A DNA stretch of 64,000 nucleotides from Aggregatilineales bacterium. Lineage in GTDB: Bacteria; Chloroflexota; Anaerolineae; Aggregatilineales; Phototrophicaceae. Position 1 is the stretch's first letter, and each line of letters opens with the position of its first letter. The notes under the pieces were generated by a model. The model worked only from the letters and a program-made list of their open reading frames with translations. It was not told the origin of the DNA and did no database searches. The position numbers and the translations under genes are program-made. Of the stretch, positions 27,618 through 36,963 are shown piece by piece. Location: NCBI GenBank assembly GCA_040219275.1, contig JAVJSU010000038.1, positions 167,962 through 231,961 on the forward strand, in the 5' to 3' direction.

Positions 27618-28490
27618 ATGAAAAAGCACTTTCTCTTGATTGTTTTGTTGAGCGGTTTGTTTATCTTTTCCCAGAATTTTGTTTTCGCGCAACTATTCAA
27701 TCCACAGGATTATGTCGTTGACATTTTTATTACCGATGATGGCGGTAACTGTGGAGAAATCCCATCGCCTGTATATCAATTTAGCCACACACTCCTTCAC
27801 GTTGTCGTTGATATAAACAGGTTACAGCAAGATTTTAATATAGCCGTTGTTACACTAAACGTTGATGATGCAAATAATACGTTTATCGGTTGGGCTGGCT
27901 ATGTTATTCCTGAAAACAATCCGCCACAGACAAGCGACTTGCGTGGCAGAATTCATGGAACGGAAGCGTTCGACTTTGCATCTGCTCATGCGCCCACAGC
28001 TAGACCATGGTCTATAACGTTGAATTTCATAGATAACGTTACTTTTGAAGAATATTCTTCTGATCCTATTGTCATTGATCCCGCCGAGTATCTTGCTTCC
28101 TGTGCGCGTCTGCCTTATATCGGCATAGACGGAAACATCTTACCCATCAACGAAGGCAACAGCGAAAATGAAGTCGCCGTCTATAACGCCAAGGACGACA
28201 ACGGCGACCCGACGCTCCACATTTACGACATCAACGACGAGGGCGATGGCACACTCGCACTCGAAATCACACAGGGCATCATCGCGCCCTATATCGACAA
28301 TCCGCCCGCCGAAAACACCGCACTCATGACCAGCGACAACGGCAAAGTGACGCTTTACGTGCTCGATACAGGCGAGCTACAAATCAACAGTGGACCCGAC
28401 GCTGAGGGCAAAATTCACGTCCTCATCTTCGACGGTATCCCACCCACCAACATCTACGGCTATGTGATTGATCCCATAACTACGGAATAA
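27618..28490 (+). CDS. Secreted hypothetical protein, paralog 1 of a tandem three-gene family (variable N-terminal domain + conserved C-terminal domain).
   Basis: Signal peptide MKKHFLLIVLLSGLFIFSQNFVFA. The C-terminal roughly 115 aa (LPYIG...INEGNSENEVAVYNA...LHIYDIN...TLALEITQ...DNPPAENTALMTSDNGKVTLY...GELQINSGPDAEGKIHVLIFD...PPTNIYGYVIDP) is shared with the next two ORFs. Confidence 0.7.
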   Translation: MKKHFLLIVLLSGLFIFSQNFVFAQLFNPQDYVVDIFITDDGGNCGEIPSPVYQFSHTLLHVVVDINRLQQDFNIAVVTLNVDDANNTFIGWAGYVIPENNPPQTSDLRGRIHGTEAFDFASAHAPTARPWSITLNFIDNVTFEEYSSDPIVIDPAEYLASCARLPYIGIDGNILPINEGNSENEVAVYNAKDDNGDPTLHIYDINDEGDGTLALEITQGIIAPYIDNPPAENTALMTSDNGKVTLYVLDTGELQINSGPDAEGKIHVLIFDGIPPTNIYGYVIDPITTE

Positions 28491-28500
28491 AGGAATTTCC

Positions 28501-29343
28501 ATGAAAAAATATCTGATTTTGATCGCACTGTTAATCGTTTTGTCTGTGACAACAATAACAGCATATGCCATCACGCCTCCGACTTCAGTGACAATAGTAG
28601 GCTTTAATGACGTTAGTAGGGATTGTGGACAGACACCATATACTTGGATTCCCGAACAACAAACAGAAGGCATGATGATTTATTTACAAGTTGCGACAAT
28701 CCAGATGCATGAGCCTTTCGATTATCATAGTATCTTTATTAGGGACCGTAATGGTGTTCTTATAGGACGTTTTAGATCTCATAGTGCACGTGGACATATT
28801 CACCACATTCCCATCAATGGATATGAACTGGATACGGGAGCACCAACTGCGCTTCCATGGATTATTTCTATCTATGACCATCCTGACAATTTGGAAGAAG
28901 ACCTTGAAATTTTCATTCCAATGGGAGAATTTGTGTTTGATCCATCAACTATCAATTCTGCCTGCGAACGTCTCCCGTATATCGACACCCAGAATATCGA
29001 ACCTATCAATTATAACGTAAACGAAATTGCCGCCTACAACGCCACCGACGACAACGGCGAACCGGCTCTGCACATCTACGACATCAACACCGAAGGCGAC
29101 GGCACACTCGCGCTCGAAATCACACAGGACATCATCGCACCCTACATCGACAATCCGCCCGCCGAAAACACCGCGCTCATGACCAGCGACAACGGCAAAG
29201 TGACACTCTACATGCTCGACACGGGCGAATTGCAGATCAACAGCGGACCCGACGCAGAGGGCAAAATTCACGTCCTCATCTTTGATGCCATCCCACCCAC
29301 CAACATCTACGGCTACGTCATCGACCCGCCGTTATTTCCGTAA
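28501..29343 (+). CDS. Secreted hypothetical protein, paralog 2.
   Basis: Signal peptide MKKYLILIALLIVLSVTTITAYA. The C-terminal domain is about 90% nucleotide-identical to paralogs 1 and 3. The N-terminal half is divergent. Confidence 0.7.
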   Translation: MKKYLILIALLIVLSVTTITAYAITPPTSVTIVGFNDVSRDCGQTPYTWIPEQQTEGMMIYLQVATIQMHEPFDYHSIFIRDRNGVLIGRFRSHSARGHIHHIPINGYELDTGAPTALPWIISIYDHPDNLEEDLEIFIPMGEFVFDPSTINSACERLPYIDTQNIEPINYNVNEIAAYNATDDNGEPALHIYDINTEGDGTLALEITQDIIAPYIDNPPAENTALMTSDNGKVTLYMLDTGELQINSGPDAEGKIHVLIFDAIPPTNIYGYVIDPPLFP

Positions 29344-29356
29344 ACAAATCACCATC

Positions 29357-29391
29357 GGGGAGCGCGTTACTGAGAACGCTCCCCTTATTCC
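29357..29391 (+). terminator. Intrinsic terminator hairpin (ggggagcg-N-cgctcccc + ttatt) after paralog 2.
   Basis: An 8-bp GC stem 14 nt after the stop, followed by a T-rich tract. Confidence 0.5.
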
Positions 29392-29489
29392 TTAACTTAA
29401 ATCAAACCGAAAATTCAGAAAATTTAACATATTTTGCAAAGAATAGTCTGTAAAATAGTTAAGTAAGATTTTCTAGCATAGGAAAAATT

Positions 29490-30422
29490 ATGAATAAACG
29501 CATTCTTCTACTTGAGACACTCATTTTCACAATACTCACCATTTCCAATTCCATAGTCATGGCTAATTCAATTGACATCAGAAACATCTTTGTCAGAGAA
29601 TCCAATCCGGGTGGAAATTGTGGTACATTGCCCATAATAGTTGGTCCCGGAGTAGCTCCACCTTATATAGGCGATAGTTCTGCGACGACCACACACTTAG
29701 GTTTTGATATTGAAGTTGCGTCATTTTTGGCGAGTTTTTCTGGTGAAATGCCCAGAATTTACTTTGAAATACACGATGCGAATAACGTCTTTCTCGGTGG
29801 ATTTGGTACAAGTCTAAGCGGGGAAACATCGCCTTATCGCTCCGTTGAAGTACTATTAGGAGCAATAACTCTGGGAACAGGATCACCAACTCATATAGGG
29901 TATCCGCCAACTGCGCGTCCTTGGACGATTACCGTGATATTTGGTAATCAGATAATCGGAAGCAGTGGTTCTTCTGAAATCATAGAAGAACCACCATTAT
30001 ATTATACGTTTGATCCCGCTGACTACAACGAAAATTGCCGGGTACTTCCCTACTTAGGTGCAGGCAACAGCTTACCCATCAACGAAGGCAATAGCGAAAA
30101 CGAAGTCGCCGCCTACAACGCCACCGACAAAAATGGCGAACCCGCCCTGCACATCTACGACATCAACGACGACGGCAACGGCACACTCGCCCTCGAAATC
30201 ACACAGGACATTATCGCGCCTTACATCGACAATCCGCCGAGCGAAAACACCGCGCTCATGACCAGCGAAAACGGCAAAGTCACGCTCTACATCCTCGACA
30301 CGGGCGAGCTACAAATCAACAGCGGACCCGACGCAGAGGGCAAGACTCACGTCCTCATTTTCGACGGCATCCCACCGACCAACATTTACGGCTACGTCAT
30401 CGACCCGCCGTTATTTCCCTAA
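29490..30422 (+). CDS. Secreted hypothetical protein, paralog 3.
   Basis: Signal peptide MNKRILLLETLIFTILTISNSIVMA. The conserved C-terminal domain and the two conserved Cys positions (GGNCG...; NENCRVLPY) are shared with paralogs 1 and 2. Confidence 0.7.
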   Translation: MNKRILLLETLIFTILTISNSIVMANSIDIRNIFVRESNPGGNCGTLPIIVGPGVAPPYIGDSSATTTHLGFDIEVASFLASFSGEMPRIYFEIHDANNVFLGGFGTSLSGETSPYRSVEVLLGAITLGTGSPTHIGYPPTARPWTITVIFGNQIIGSSGSSEIIEEPPLYYTFDPADYNENCRVLPYLGAGNSLPINEGNSENEVAAYNATDKNGEPALHIYDINDDGNGTLALEITQDIIAPYIDNPPSENTALMTSENGKVTLYILDTGELQINSGPDAEGKTHVLIFDGIPPTNIYGYVIDPPLFP

Positions 30423-30432
30423 CAAATCGCCA

Positions 30433-30470
30433 AAAGGGGAGCGTGTGTTGAACACCTCCCCTTTTTTGTT
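30433..30470 (+). terminator. Intrinsic terminator (aaggggag...ctcccctt + T6) after paralog 3.
   Basis: A GC stem with an inner gtgtt/aacac stem, followed by tttttt. Confidence 0.65.
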
Positions 30471-30626
30471 GCCCGATCAAACCGGATATGCACCGCACCC
30501 ACTCCCCCAATCATTAGGGGACTGCGGGGTTTTCAATTCTCCTTATAATTAAACTATCAACAATTATTTTTTACTGACCACTGATAATTGTTTACTGAAA
30601 ACTATTAACTCTCGAAAGGACGGGCT

Positions 30627-31178
30627 ATGGAAATTATTTTCGGCGGGATAATGCTCGTCGGTGTGCTCTATCTTCTACTGATGATTTTCGGCGGCATCGG
30701 CGACGCATTTGATTTTGGCGTAGACGGTGCGCTGGAAAGTGTCGGCTTGGACGGTGTCTTCGGACTCGGCGGCGCGGATGTCGGCGACGCCAGCGGCTTA
30801 GGTTGTAGTGTCCTCGCCGCCTTCTTAGCCGGATTCGGCGCGATGGGCTTAACCGGCGTTTCGGCGGGATGGAGCTTACCCATCATGATCGCCCTTGCTC
30901 TCGTGGTCGGTTGGGGCATGGCACGCGTCGTCGTCGTCGTGATGCGCTACGTATTGGCGCAACAATCGACAGAGATCTACACTATCGAGAGCACGATCGG
31001 CAAATCCGCCCGTGTGACGATTGATTCACCCGCAGGCAAAACCGGCGAAGTCATGATCGAGGATGCCCACGTCATGAAATATCCGGTGCAGGAAATCGAC
31101 GGGCGGGCGCTTAAACGCGGCGACCTCGTGGAAGTCGTAGACATCAGCGGGCGCTTCCTGCGCGTCAAGAAAAAATAA
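30627..31178 (+). CDS. NfeD-family membrane protein (short form: TM segments + C-terminal OB-fold).
   Basis: N-terminal hydrophobic Gly-rich TM region and a C-terminal beta-rich segment (GKTGEVMIEDAHVMKYPVQEIDGRALKRGDLVEVVDISGRFLRVKK). It lies immediately upstream of an SPFH/flotillin gene, the canonical NfeD-stomatin/flotillin pairing. Confidence 0.65.
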   Translation: MEIIFGGIMLVGVLYLLLMIFGGIGDAFDFGVDGALESVGLDGVFGLGGADVGDASGLGCSVLAAFLAGFGAMGLTGVSAGWSLPIMIALALVVGWGMARVVVVVMRYVLAQQSTEIYTIESTIGKSARVTIDSPAGKTGEVMIEDAHVMKYPVQEIDGRALKRGDLVEVVDISGRFLRVKKK

Positions 31179-31256
31179 CCCGAATCAGGTTTATGTCAGA
31201 CGAAACCTGATTACTGACAACTGATTACTGATAACTACTTACAAGGATCAACAAAC

Positions 31257-32744
31257 ATGGATGGATTAGCCGTATTCGCTGTACCAATCGTACTGTTTAT
31301 ATTGGTGGTGGCATTGGGTGTATTTCTCGCCAATCAATACCATCGCGTGCCCCCGAATCAGGTCATGGTCGTCTACGGGCGCAAGCAACCGCGCCTCATC
31401 ACCAACGGCGGCGTGTTCATCATCCCGATTCTGGAAACCTATAAAACGCTCGACCTGACGATCATCACCATCAAGACGGAAAAAGATGAAGTCTACACGG
31501 TGAGCGGCGTTCCCATCCAACTCGATTGGGTCGCACAGGTGCAAATTGATAGCGAACAGAGCACCCTACACACCGCCGCCCGTGCTTTTCTGGATAAAAC
31601 CCGCGAAGAAGTGAAGCAGATCATTGAGGAAACCCTCAGCGCCAACTTCCGCGCCATCGTCGGGCAGATGACTGTCGAAACCATCCACCGTGACCGCGAT
31701 GATTTCGTCCAGCGTGTGCAGGATTTAGCCTCCGATGATGTCGCCGCGATGGGTGTCCGTGTGATCTCGATGGGTATCGAAGAAATCACCGATGAGCAAG
31801 GCTATCTTGAAGCCATGGCGGCACCACAAATCGCCGCAGTCAAGCGGGATGCGACCATCGCACAGGCGGAAGCCGAGCGTGAAGCCCGTGTGAAAGCCGC
31901 CGCCGCCAAGCAAGAAGCCGAGCAAGCCGAACTCCACGCCGAACGCGAGATTCTGCAACAGCGGGAAGCCTTGCAAATGCGCGAGGTCGAAGTTCGCAAG
32001 CGCGTCGATATTCAACAGGCGGAAGCCGATCAAGAGGTACAGAATAAACGCGCCCTCGCCGTCGAGCAACAGCAAGAAGCCGAGATTCTCGTGCCTGCCC
32101 GTGCAGAACGTCAGGCGACGGAAATCCGTGCGGAAGGCGCACGCCGTAAAATTGAGATCGAAGCCGAAGCACAGGCGAAAGCCACCCGTACCCGTGCAGA
32201 AGCCGATGCCGCCGCTGTCGAGGACAGAGGTCGTGCTGATGCCAACGCGCTAGAAGCCATGAAAAAAGCACAGGCAGAAGGTGAACGCGCCCAGTTACTC
32301 GCAGAAGCGGAAGGTCGCCGTGAAATCGCCGCCGCCACCGCCGCGGAAGATGCCATCAACCTGCGCCAATATATCATTGAGCAGGTCACCCGCGCCGATG
32401 TCGAGAAGGTGCAAGCCATCTCAGAAGCCCTCGCCGGACTCGGTGGTAACGTCCGCGTGGTGCAATTTGGCAATGGCAACGGAGAAAATGGAGCAGGGGG
32501 CAACACCTTTATGCAGATGTTGCTCGGCATTCCCGAAGTCGCAGAGATGTTCCGCACGAAAGTGGAAGCCCTCAGCGGCGAAGACTTCGAGCAGACCATC
32601 AACAAAGTGGCGAAGATGTTCAATGTTTTGCGTGATAGCGATGGCGCGATGTCCGGCAAGGTGGAAATTCAAGCTGAATCGCCGCCTGCGCCGTCAACTA
32701 CCCCCCCACCGCCGCCGACTCCCTCGGTCAGCGCAGACAAATAA
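31257..32744 (+). CDS. Flotillin-like SPFH/band-7 family protein (FloT/YqiK-like).
   Basis: N-terminal TM helix, SPFH domain (VMVVYGRKQ...FIIPILETYKTLDL), a long Ala/Glu-rich coiled coil (EAEREARVKAAAAKQEAEQAELHAERE...), and a C-terminal flotillin-tail region ending in a Pro-rich tail. Confidence 0.85.
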   Translation: MDGLAVFAVPIVLFILVVALGVFLANQYHRVPPNQVMVVYGRKQPRLITNGGVFIIPILETYKTLDLTIITIKTEKDEVYTVSGVPIQLDWVAQVQIDSEQSTLHTAARAFLDKTREEVKQIIEETLSANFRAIVGQMTVETIHRDRDDFVQRVQDLASDDVAAMGVRVISMGIEEITDEQGYLEAMAAPQIAAVKRDATIAQAEAEREARVKAAAAKQEAEQAELHAEREILQQREALQMREVEVRKRVDIQQAEADQEVQNKRALAVEQQQEAEILVPARAERQATEIRAEGARRKIEIEAEAQAKATRTRAEADAAAVEDRGRADANALEAMKKAQAEGERAQLLAEAEGRREIAAATAAEDAINLRQYIIEQVTRADVEKVQAISEALAGLGGNVRVVQFGNGNGENGAGGNTFMQMLLGIPEVAEMFRTKVEALSGEDFEQTINKVAKMFNVLRDSDGAMSGKVEIQAESPPAPSTTPPPPPTPSVSADK

Positions 32745-32753
32745 TCCCAATCA

Positions 32754-32788
32754 CAGGGCATAGCAGATTATCGCTATGCCCTGTTCTC
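32754..32788 (+). terminator. Hairpin (cagggcatagc-N8-gctatgccctg) after the flotillin gene.
   Basis: An 11-bp perfect stem 10 nt after the stop. The T-run is weak (ttctcc). Confidence 0.45.
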
Positions 32789-32799
32789 CGCAGGAAGAA

Positions 32800-32836
32800 G
32801 TCTCAGCTTGCGAAGCGGGGGAGATTTAGAGGAGGA
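32800..32836. repeat. GC-rich hairpin repeat unit (gtctcagcttgcgaagcgggggagatttagaggagga).
   Basis: Matches 34277-34316 and the reverse complement of 16569-16608. Confidence 0.65.
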
Positions 32837-32883
32837 TAAACCATCAAAATATTGTGTGTTCACTACCAGCAAATGAGCCACCC

Positions 32884-34092
32884 TCATCCGCCATCCTTGC
32901 GATGCCTTCGATAAATCGGCACAACCGGCAACAAGGCACACGCGGCAATCGTCAACGCGCTTCTCAACGACGATAACGACCCGATTGTCCCTAAAATCGG
33001 CGTGCCGACGATGTTCCCGAAGGCGTTCGATTGCCAGTACATCGAAATCACCGTCGCCCGCACGCCCGACGACGTATGCCGATTAATCCACGCCATAAAC
33101 AGCGGCTTGGTCGCATTCCGCAAAGTCTGACTCAACCAGAACGCCAGCAACATCACATAAAAATTACCTGTCCACACAAAGATCAAATTTCCCACAACCG
33201 TCCCCACCGCAAACCCCGCAAGGATCGACGACACCGGAAAATCGGGATGCGTTCGTAAAAAGCGTCTGGCAATCTCCAGCGAAGGAATCGTCAACACCAT
33301 CACCCCGCCCGAAAGCGCCCCGAACCAGATCACCGGCTCAAAGTGCGGAAACTGAAAATTCTGGACGATATGCGGCGCATACAGCGCATCAAAGCCACCC
33401 GCCGACGAGCCGATAATCATGCCAAGCAAAATCACCGAGCGTAACACAGGGCGCGCCCGAACTTCGCGCACACTATCAAAAAACGTGGCAAACATCCCCC
33501 ATCGTGACGGACTCTCGCGCACTATGGGCGTGAATCCATTCTCCGGCATGAAGATCGCCAGAAGTCCCGCCAGAATCAGCGTGCCGACACCACCGACCAC
33601 AATCGGCAAGGCGACATCAATCGTGCCAATCAAGGTCGCACAGATAATCCCCAAAATCGACGCGACTTGACCGATTTGCGCCCCACGAATAAACACCGGC
33701 GTAGCATCTTCGTCGCCCAGTTCATCCACCAACCACGCTTCCGGCGCGCCGCTCACAAACGTAAATCCCAGTCCCCAGATCGCCTGTGAAATCAGCACGA
33801 TGCTATACGTCTGCACCAAACCCTGAATCAGAAAGCCCACACCCCAGATCACATAGCCGATAACAATCGACCATTTCCGGCTATACACATCCGCCAGAAC
33901 ACCCGTCGGAATCTCAAAAAACAGCGTCGAACTTTCCAGCACCACGACCAGAATCGCCAGCTGAAACGGATCGCTAGAAATCCGCGTCGTGAAATACAGA
34001 CTCACCACCGTCAGCCACATCGCAAACACAAACGGCGCGATCACACGGAACAAATAATATACGCGGAGCACCCGCCGCCGTTCATCAGTCAT
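32884..34092 (-). CDS. MFS transporter.
   Basis: 12 predicted TM helices and the MFS-type motif GVLADVYSRKW between TM2 and TM3. Confidence 0.8.
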   Translation of the reverse strand: MTDERRRVLRVYYLFRVIAPFVFAMWLTVVSLYFTTRISSDPFQLAILVVVLESSTLFFEIPTGVLADVYSRKWSIVIGYVIWGVGFLIQGLVQTYSIVLISQAIWGLGFTFVSGAPEAWLVDELGDEDATPVFIRGAQIGQVASILGIICATLIGTIDVALPIVVGGVGTLILAGLLAIFMPENGFTPIVRESPSRWGMFATFFDSVREVRARPVLRSVILLGMIIGSSAGGFDALYAPHIVQNFQFPHFEPVIWFGALSGGVMVLTIPSLEIARRFLRTHPDFPVSSILAGFAVGTVVGNLIFVWTGNFYVMLLAFWLSQTLRNATKPLFMAWINRHTSSGVRATVISMYWQSNAFGNIVGTPILGTIGSLSSLRSALTIAACALLPVVPIYRRHRKDGG

Positions 34093-34276
34093 ATCGCGTT
34101 TGTGAAATAGTGAACAAGACGCATAGCATAGCCTACTTCACGACTTTTAGAAACTCAGAGGATAGGCTGACTGCTCAGATGGTGCTTGTGAAGAAATAAA
34201 ATAGGTTACGACAAAATTGAGGTGTTTGCTATCTCTTATGTCCCCAACCAACCTACATCGCAAATGAGGAAGATTT

Positions 34277-34316
34277 AAGTCTCCCCTTGCGAAGCGGGGG
34301 GAGATTTAGAGGGGGG
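34277..34316. repeat. GC-rich hairpin repeat unit (aagtctccccttgcgaagcggggggagatttagagggggg).
   Basis: Exact reverse complement of 16569-16608. Confidence 0.7.
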
Positions 34317-34659
34317 ATTTGCTTGAAATATCTTAGAACGCCAATTAGTACACCTATCTTTGAATCTTCTAACCGCACACACAGAACATCCGTGCTATAC
34401 TATCAAGTCAAGTTCAACTCTCACACTTGGAATGACGCGATGGGTAATGCACATATTCGACATACAAAAAATCGATAGCAAAAACCATCACCGCCAGAAG
34501 TTGGCGGAAAAAAATAGTGTCTTTTACTGGCAGAAAATCACAAACTTCCCCCGTGAGTGTGCGGGTTTTACTGCCATAAATGCCAATAATCGTGGCGCAA
34601 CCGCCATATAAAAAACGTGGGGCGCAGTCCTCAAAGCCACTGCACCCCACGCAAATCAA

Positions 34660-35682
34660 TCACTCGTCGTCCTCGATTTCAAATCGGGACAAATCCGCCG
34701 CAAGGTCTTCAGGATTAGGCATCAGGTAGCGTTCCCAGAAGCGTTGCAAAATACGTTCAGGATCACACTCCACTCCCTGACTCTGAAAGTATTCACAAAC
34801 GCGGGTGATGTCCCGTGCGAGGATGAAGCGGGCGTTGCTGTTGGTATGCGGGTTGGTCACCTGTGGGAAGTCGATAATGGTGATGTCACCTTCCCAATAG
34901 AGGATGTTATACGCGGAAAGATCGCCATGAATCGCGTCGTTCTGCAACATCAGGTCGATATTCCACATCACGCGCTTGAACAGGTCTTTCGCTTCGTCTT
35001 CATCAAGGCGCACGTTAATCAGCAAAGGCGCGGCAACATACGGATCACCGAGATACTCCATCAAAATGGCGTTATCTCCCGCCGCATAAACCTTCGGCAC
35101 ATCCGCACCCAGCGCGTGTAAAGTTTTCAGGGTGTTGAATTCATAGGTCAGCCATGAGGTATGCGCGACCTGTTGCCCGAAGGCGCTCTTCTTGTTCAAC
35201 GCGCGGATGATGCGGTCATCACGCCCGTCGAGCTTTTCGCCGCCCGCTTTAAGGATTTCACGTCCTTCGCGGTACATGCGATCATTGCTCAACTGCCGGA
35301 ACTTGCGCGGACGGTAGACCTTCGCCGCCAGTAGCTCAACGCCGGTACTTTCGGTAGCTTCACAGCGATAGACACTCGCTTCCTTACCACCCTTCACCTG
35401 CCCCAGCACATCGGTGATGAGGTTGCGATCAAAGAACGTGGTCAACGACCCCATCAGCCATTCTTCCTCGAAGATACCGGGCTTATAGGTCGTCTTGATG
35501 GTCAAAGCAGAATCGGAAGCGTCTTCGGCGATTTCTTCAACGACTTCGCCTTCCGCTTTTTTAGCGATATGGTTGATTGATTTTTTACGTTTGCGCCGTG
35601 CTTTACGGTCAATCTGCATCGGGTTGAAATCAGCTTCGTATTCGGCGTAATCATCTTGCAAATAGTGTTCGTAGTTATTCAC
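34660..35682 (-). CDS. RIO-type serine protein kinase (RIO1 family) with a basic N-terminal extension.
   Basis: ATP-binding VKGGKEASVY, the catalytic loop IHGDLSAYNIL, the metal-binding IIDFPQ, and a flexible-loop region. Confidence 0.8.
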   Translation of the reverse strand: MNNYEHYLQDDYAEYEADFNPMQIDRKARRKRKKSINHIAKKAEGEVVEEIAEDASDSALTIKTTYKPGIFEEEWLMGSLTTFFDRNLITDVLGQVKGGKEASVYRCEATESTGVELLAAKVYRPRKFRQLSNDRMYREGREILKAGGEKLDGRDDRIIRALNKKSAFGQQVAHTSWLTYEFNTLKTLHALGADVPKVYAAGDNAILMEYLGDPYVAAPLLINVRLDEDEAKDLFKRVMWNIDLMLQNDAIHGDLSAYNILYWEGDITIIDFPQVTNPHTNSNARFILARDITRVCEYFQSQGVECDPERILQRFWERYLMPNPEDLAADLSRFEIEDDE

Positions 35683-36283
35683 TGCTAGGATTCCTTTTTG
35701 GATTTTCGAGAATACCGACCACCTGTATATAGTGTGGATCGGGGTTTGGATTTCGGTCTAAGCGCATCCCAAGACGTTCCATCACCTGCTGTGAGGCGAG
35801 GTTGTCATGATCGGTCTGCGCGATAATACGGTCTAAATTGCGCTCGTTAAACAGATAGTCGATGATGGTCTGCGCCGCTTCTGTGGCATACCCCTGTCCT
35901 TGATGCGCCTTCAGCAATGCCCAGAACAACCCCATTTCTGCGGTAGCAGTGTGCGGGCAACCAAATCCGCGCCCGGCGAAATACGGCAATACACCAAATT
36001 CGCCCAGACACGGAACGATACCAACCATGCCGACGAATGTGCCGTCATGCAGGGTAATTGCACGATCACCATACGGCGGTTGATAGAGATTACCGAGTGC
36101 GCGGTAATTGCGTACCGTCCACTCAAGCCATTCACGGCGTTCGTCTAGCGCCTGTTCAGCGGTCACATCTGTGTCCACCCAATCAGCATCAACGTACGTT
36201 TGGTGGGCATCCTGTAAATCATTCATCGTCAATTCGCGGATGATAAGTCTAGTGTTTTTGAGTTCAGGTAAAGCCGTACTCAT
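35675..36283 (-). CDS. GNAT-family N-acetyltransferase (RimJ/RimL-like).
   Basis: A GNAT fold with the acetyl-CoA motif QGQGYATEA. It overlaps the RIO kinase start by 8 bp. Confidence 0.75.
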   Translation of the reverse strand: MSTALPELKNTRLIIRELTMNDLQDAHQTYVDADWVDTDVTAEQALDERREWLEWTVRNYRALGNLYQPPYGDRAITLHDGTFVGMVGIVPCLGEFGVLPYFAGRGFGCPHTATAEMGLFWALLKAHQGQGYATEAAQTIIDYLFNERNLDRIIAQTDHDNLASQQVMERLGMRLDRNPNPDPHYIQVVGILENPKRNPSSE

Positions 36284-36963
36284 CGCGTGGTCTCTTTTCT
36301 ATCGAACGCTGGATGAAGGTCAGGTTTGGTAGGGCAAAACATATTCATATCGTGTAGGTTTTGTTCCACGATAGGGTCATAGGGAAAGGTTGCATTATGA
36401 AGTTGGACTATCGCATGGATGTCCTCTTTTGTTTCTGGTCGTATGTGCATGTTTGCACCTCGCTTTTATAGTTTTTGGTCGTCGTTTTTAGATATGGGAA
36501 AACCACATCAAATAAAACATTTGACTATGTTTGGTGAACTACAATGTGCGAGATGGAGTTTGAAGGGAATTCAGCCATCAGGCACCCGCTATCCAAGCAA
36601 AGATGGATACACGCGGATACGCCCGTGACTGTAGAAGTCGAGGAGAAAGTACGCCGGACTCATCGCATAGGCACGCAATGAGCTACTCAAACAACGCCCG
36701 TCACATAATTTGTGAGGACATAAAATCAATTGGCGAACGGAATCAGCGAAATGCTACAGGGTGCGGACGCATCCTTGCACAACAATCGCAACAGTGAATA
36801 CAGCCATAATACAATGCCTCCGTTTAAATATTGACTTCGTGTGGCAGTATAACACGATTTCTGAAGTGCTGTCAACCATCCTGACCCATTGTGATAACAT
36901 CTTTTGCCGATGCAAACAAGATGACCTGCGTTATAATAAAGCAAATCTAATGAGGAACGTATA

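Noticed and set aside
29357-30470. Considered whether the GC hairpins after paralogs 2 and 3 are further copies of the GC-rich dispersed repeat
   Set aside because: Their stems (ggggagcg / aaggggag…ctcccctt) are followed by T-runs directly after stop codons and lack the repeat-specific loop and flank sequence (ttgcgaagc / ctggggggtgagggg). They are called as ordinary intrinsic terminators.
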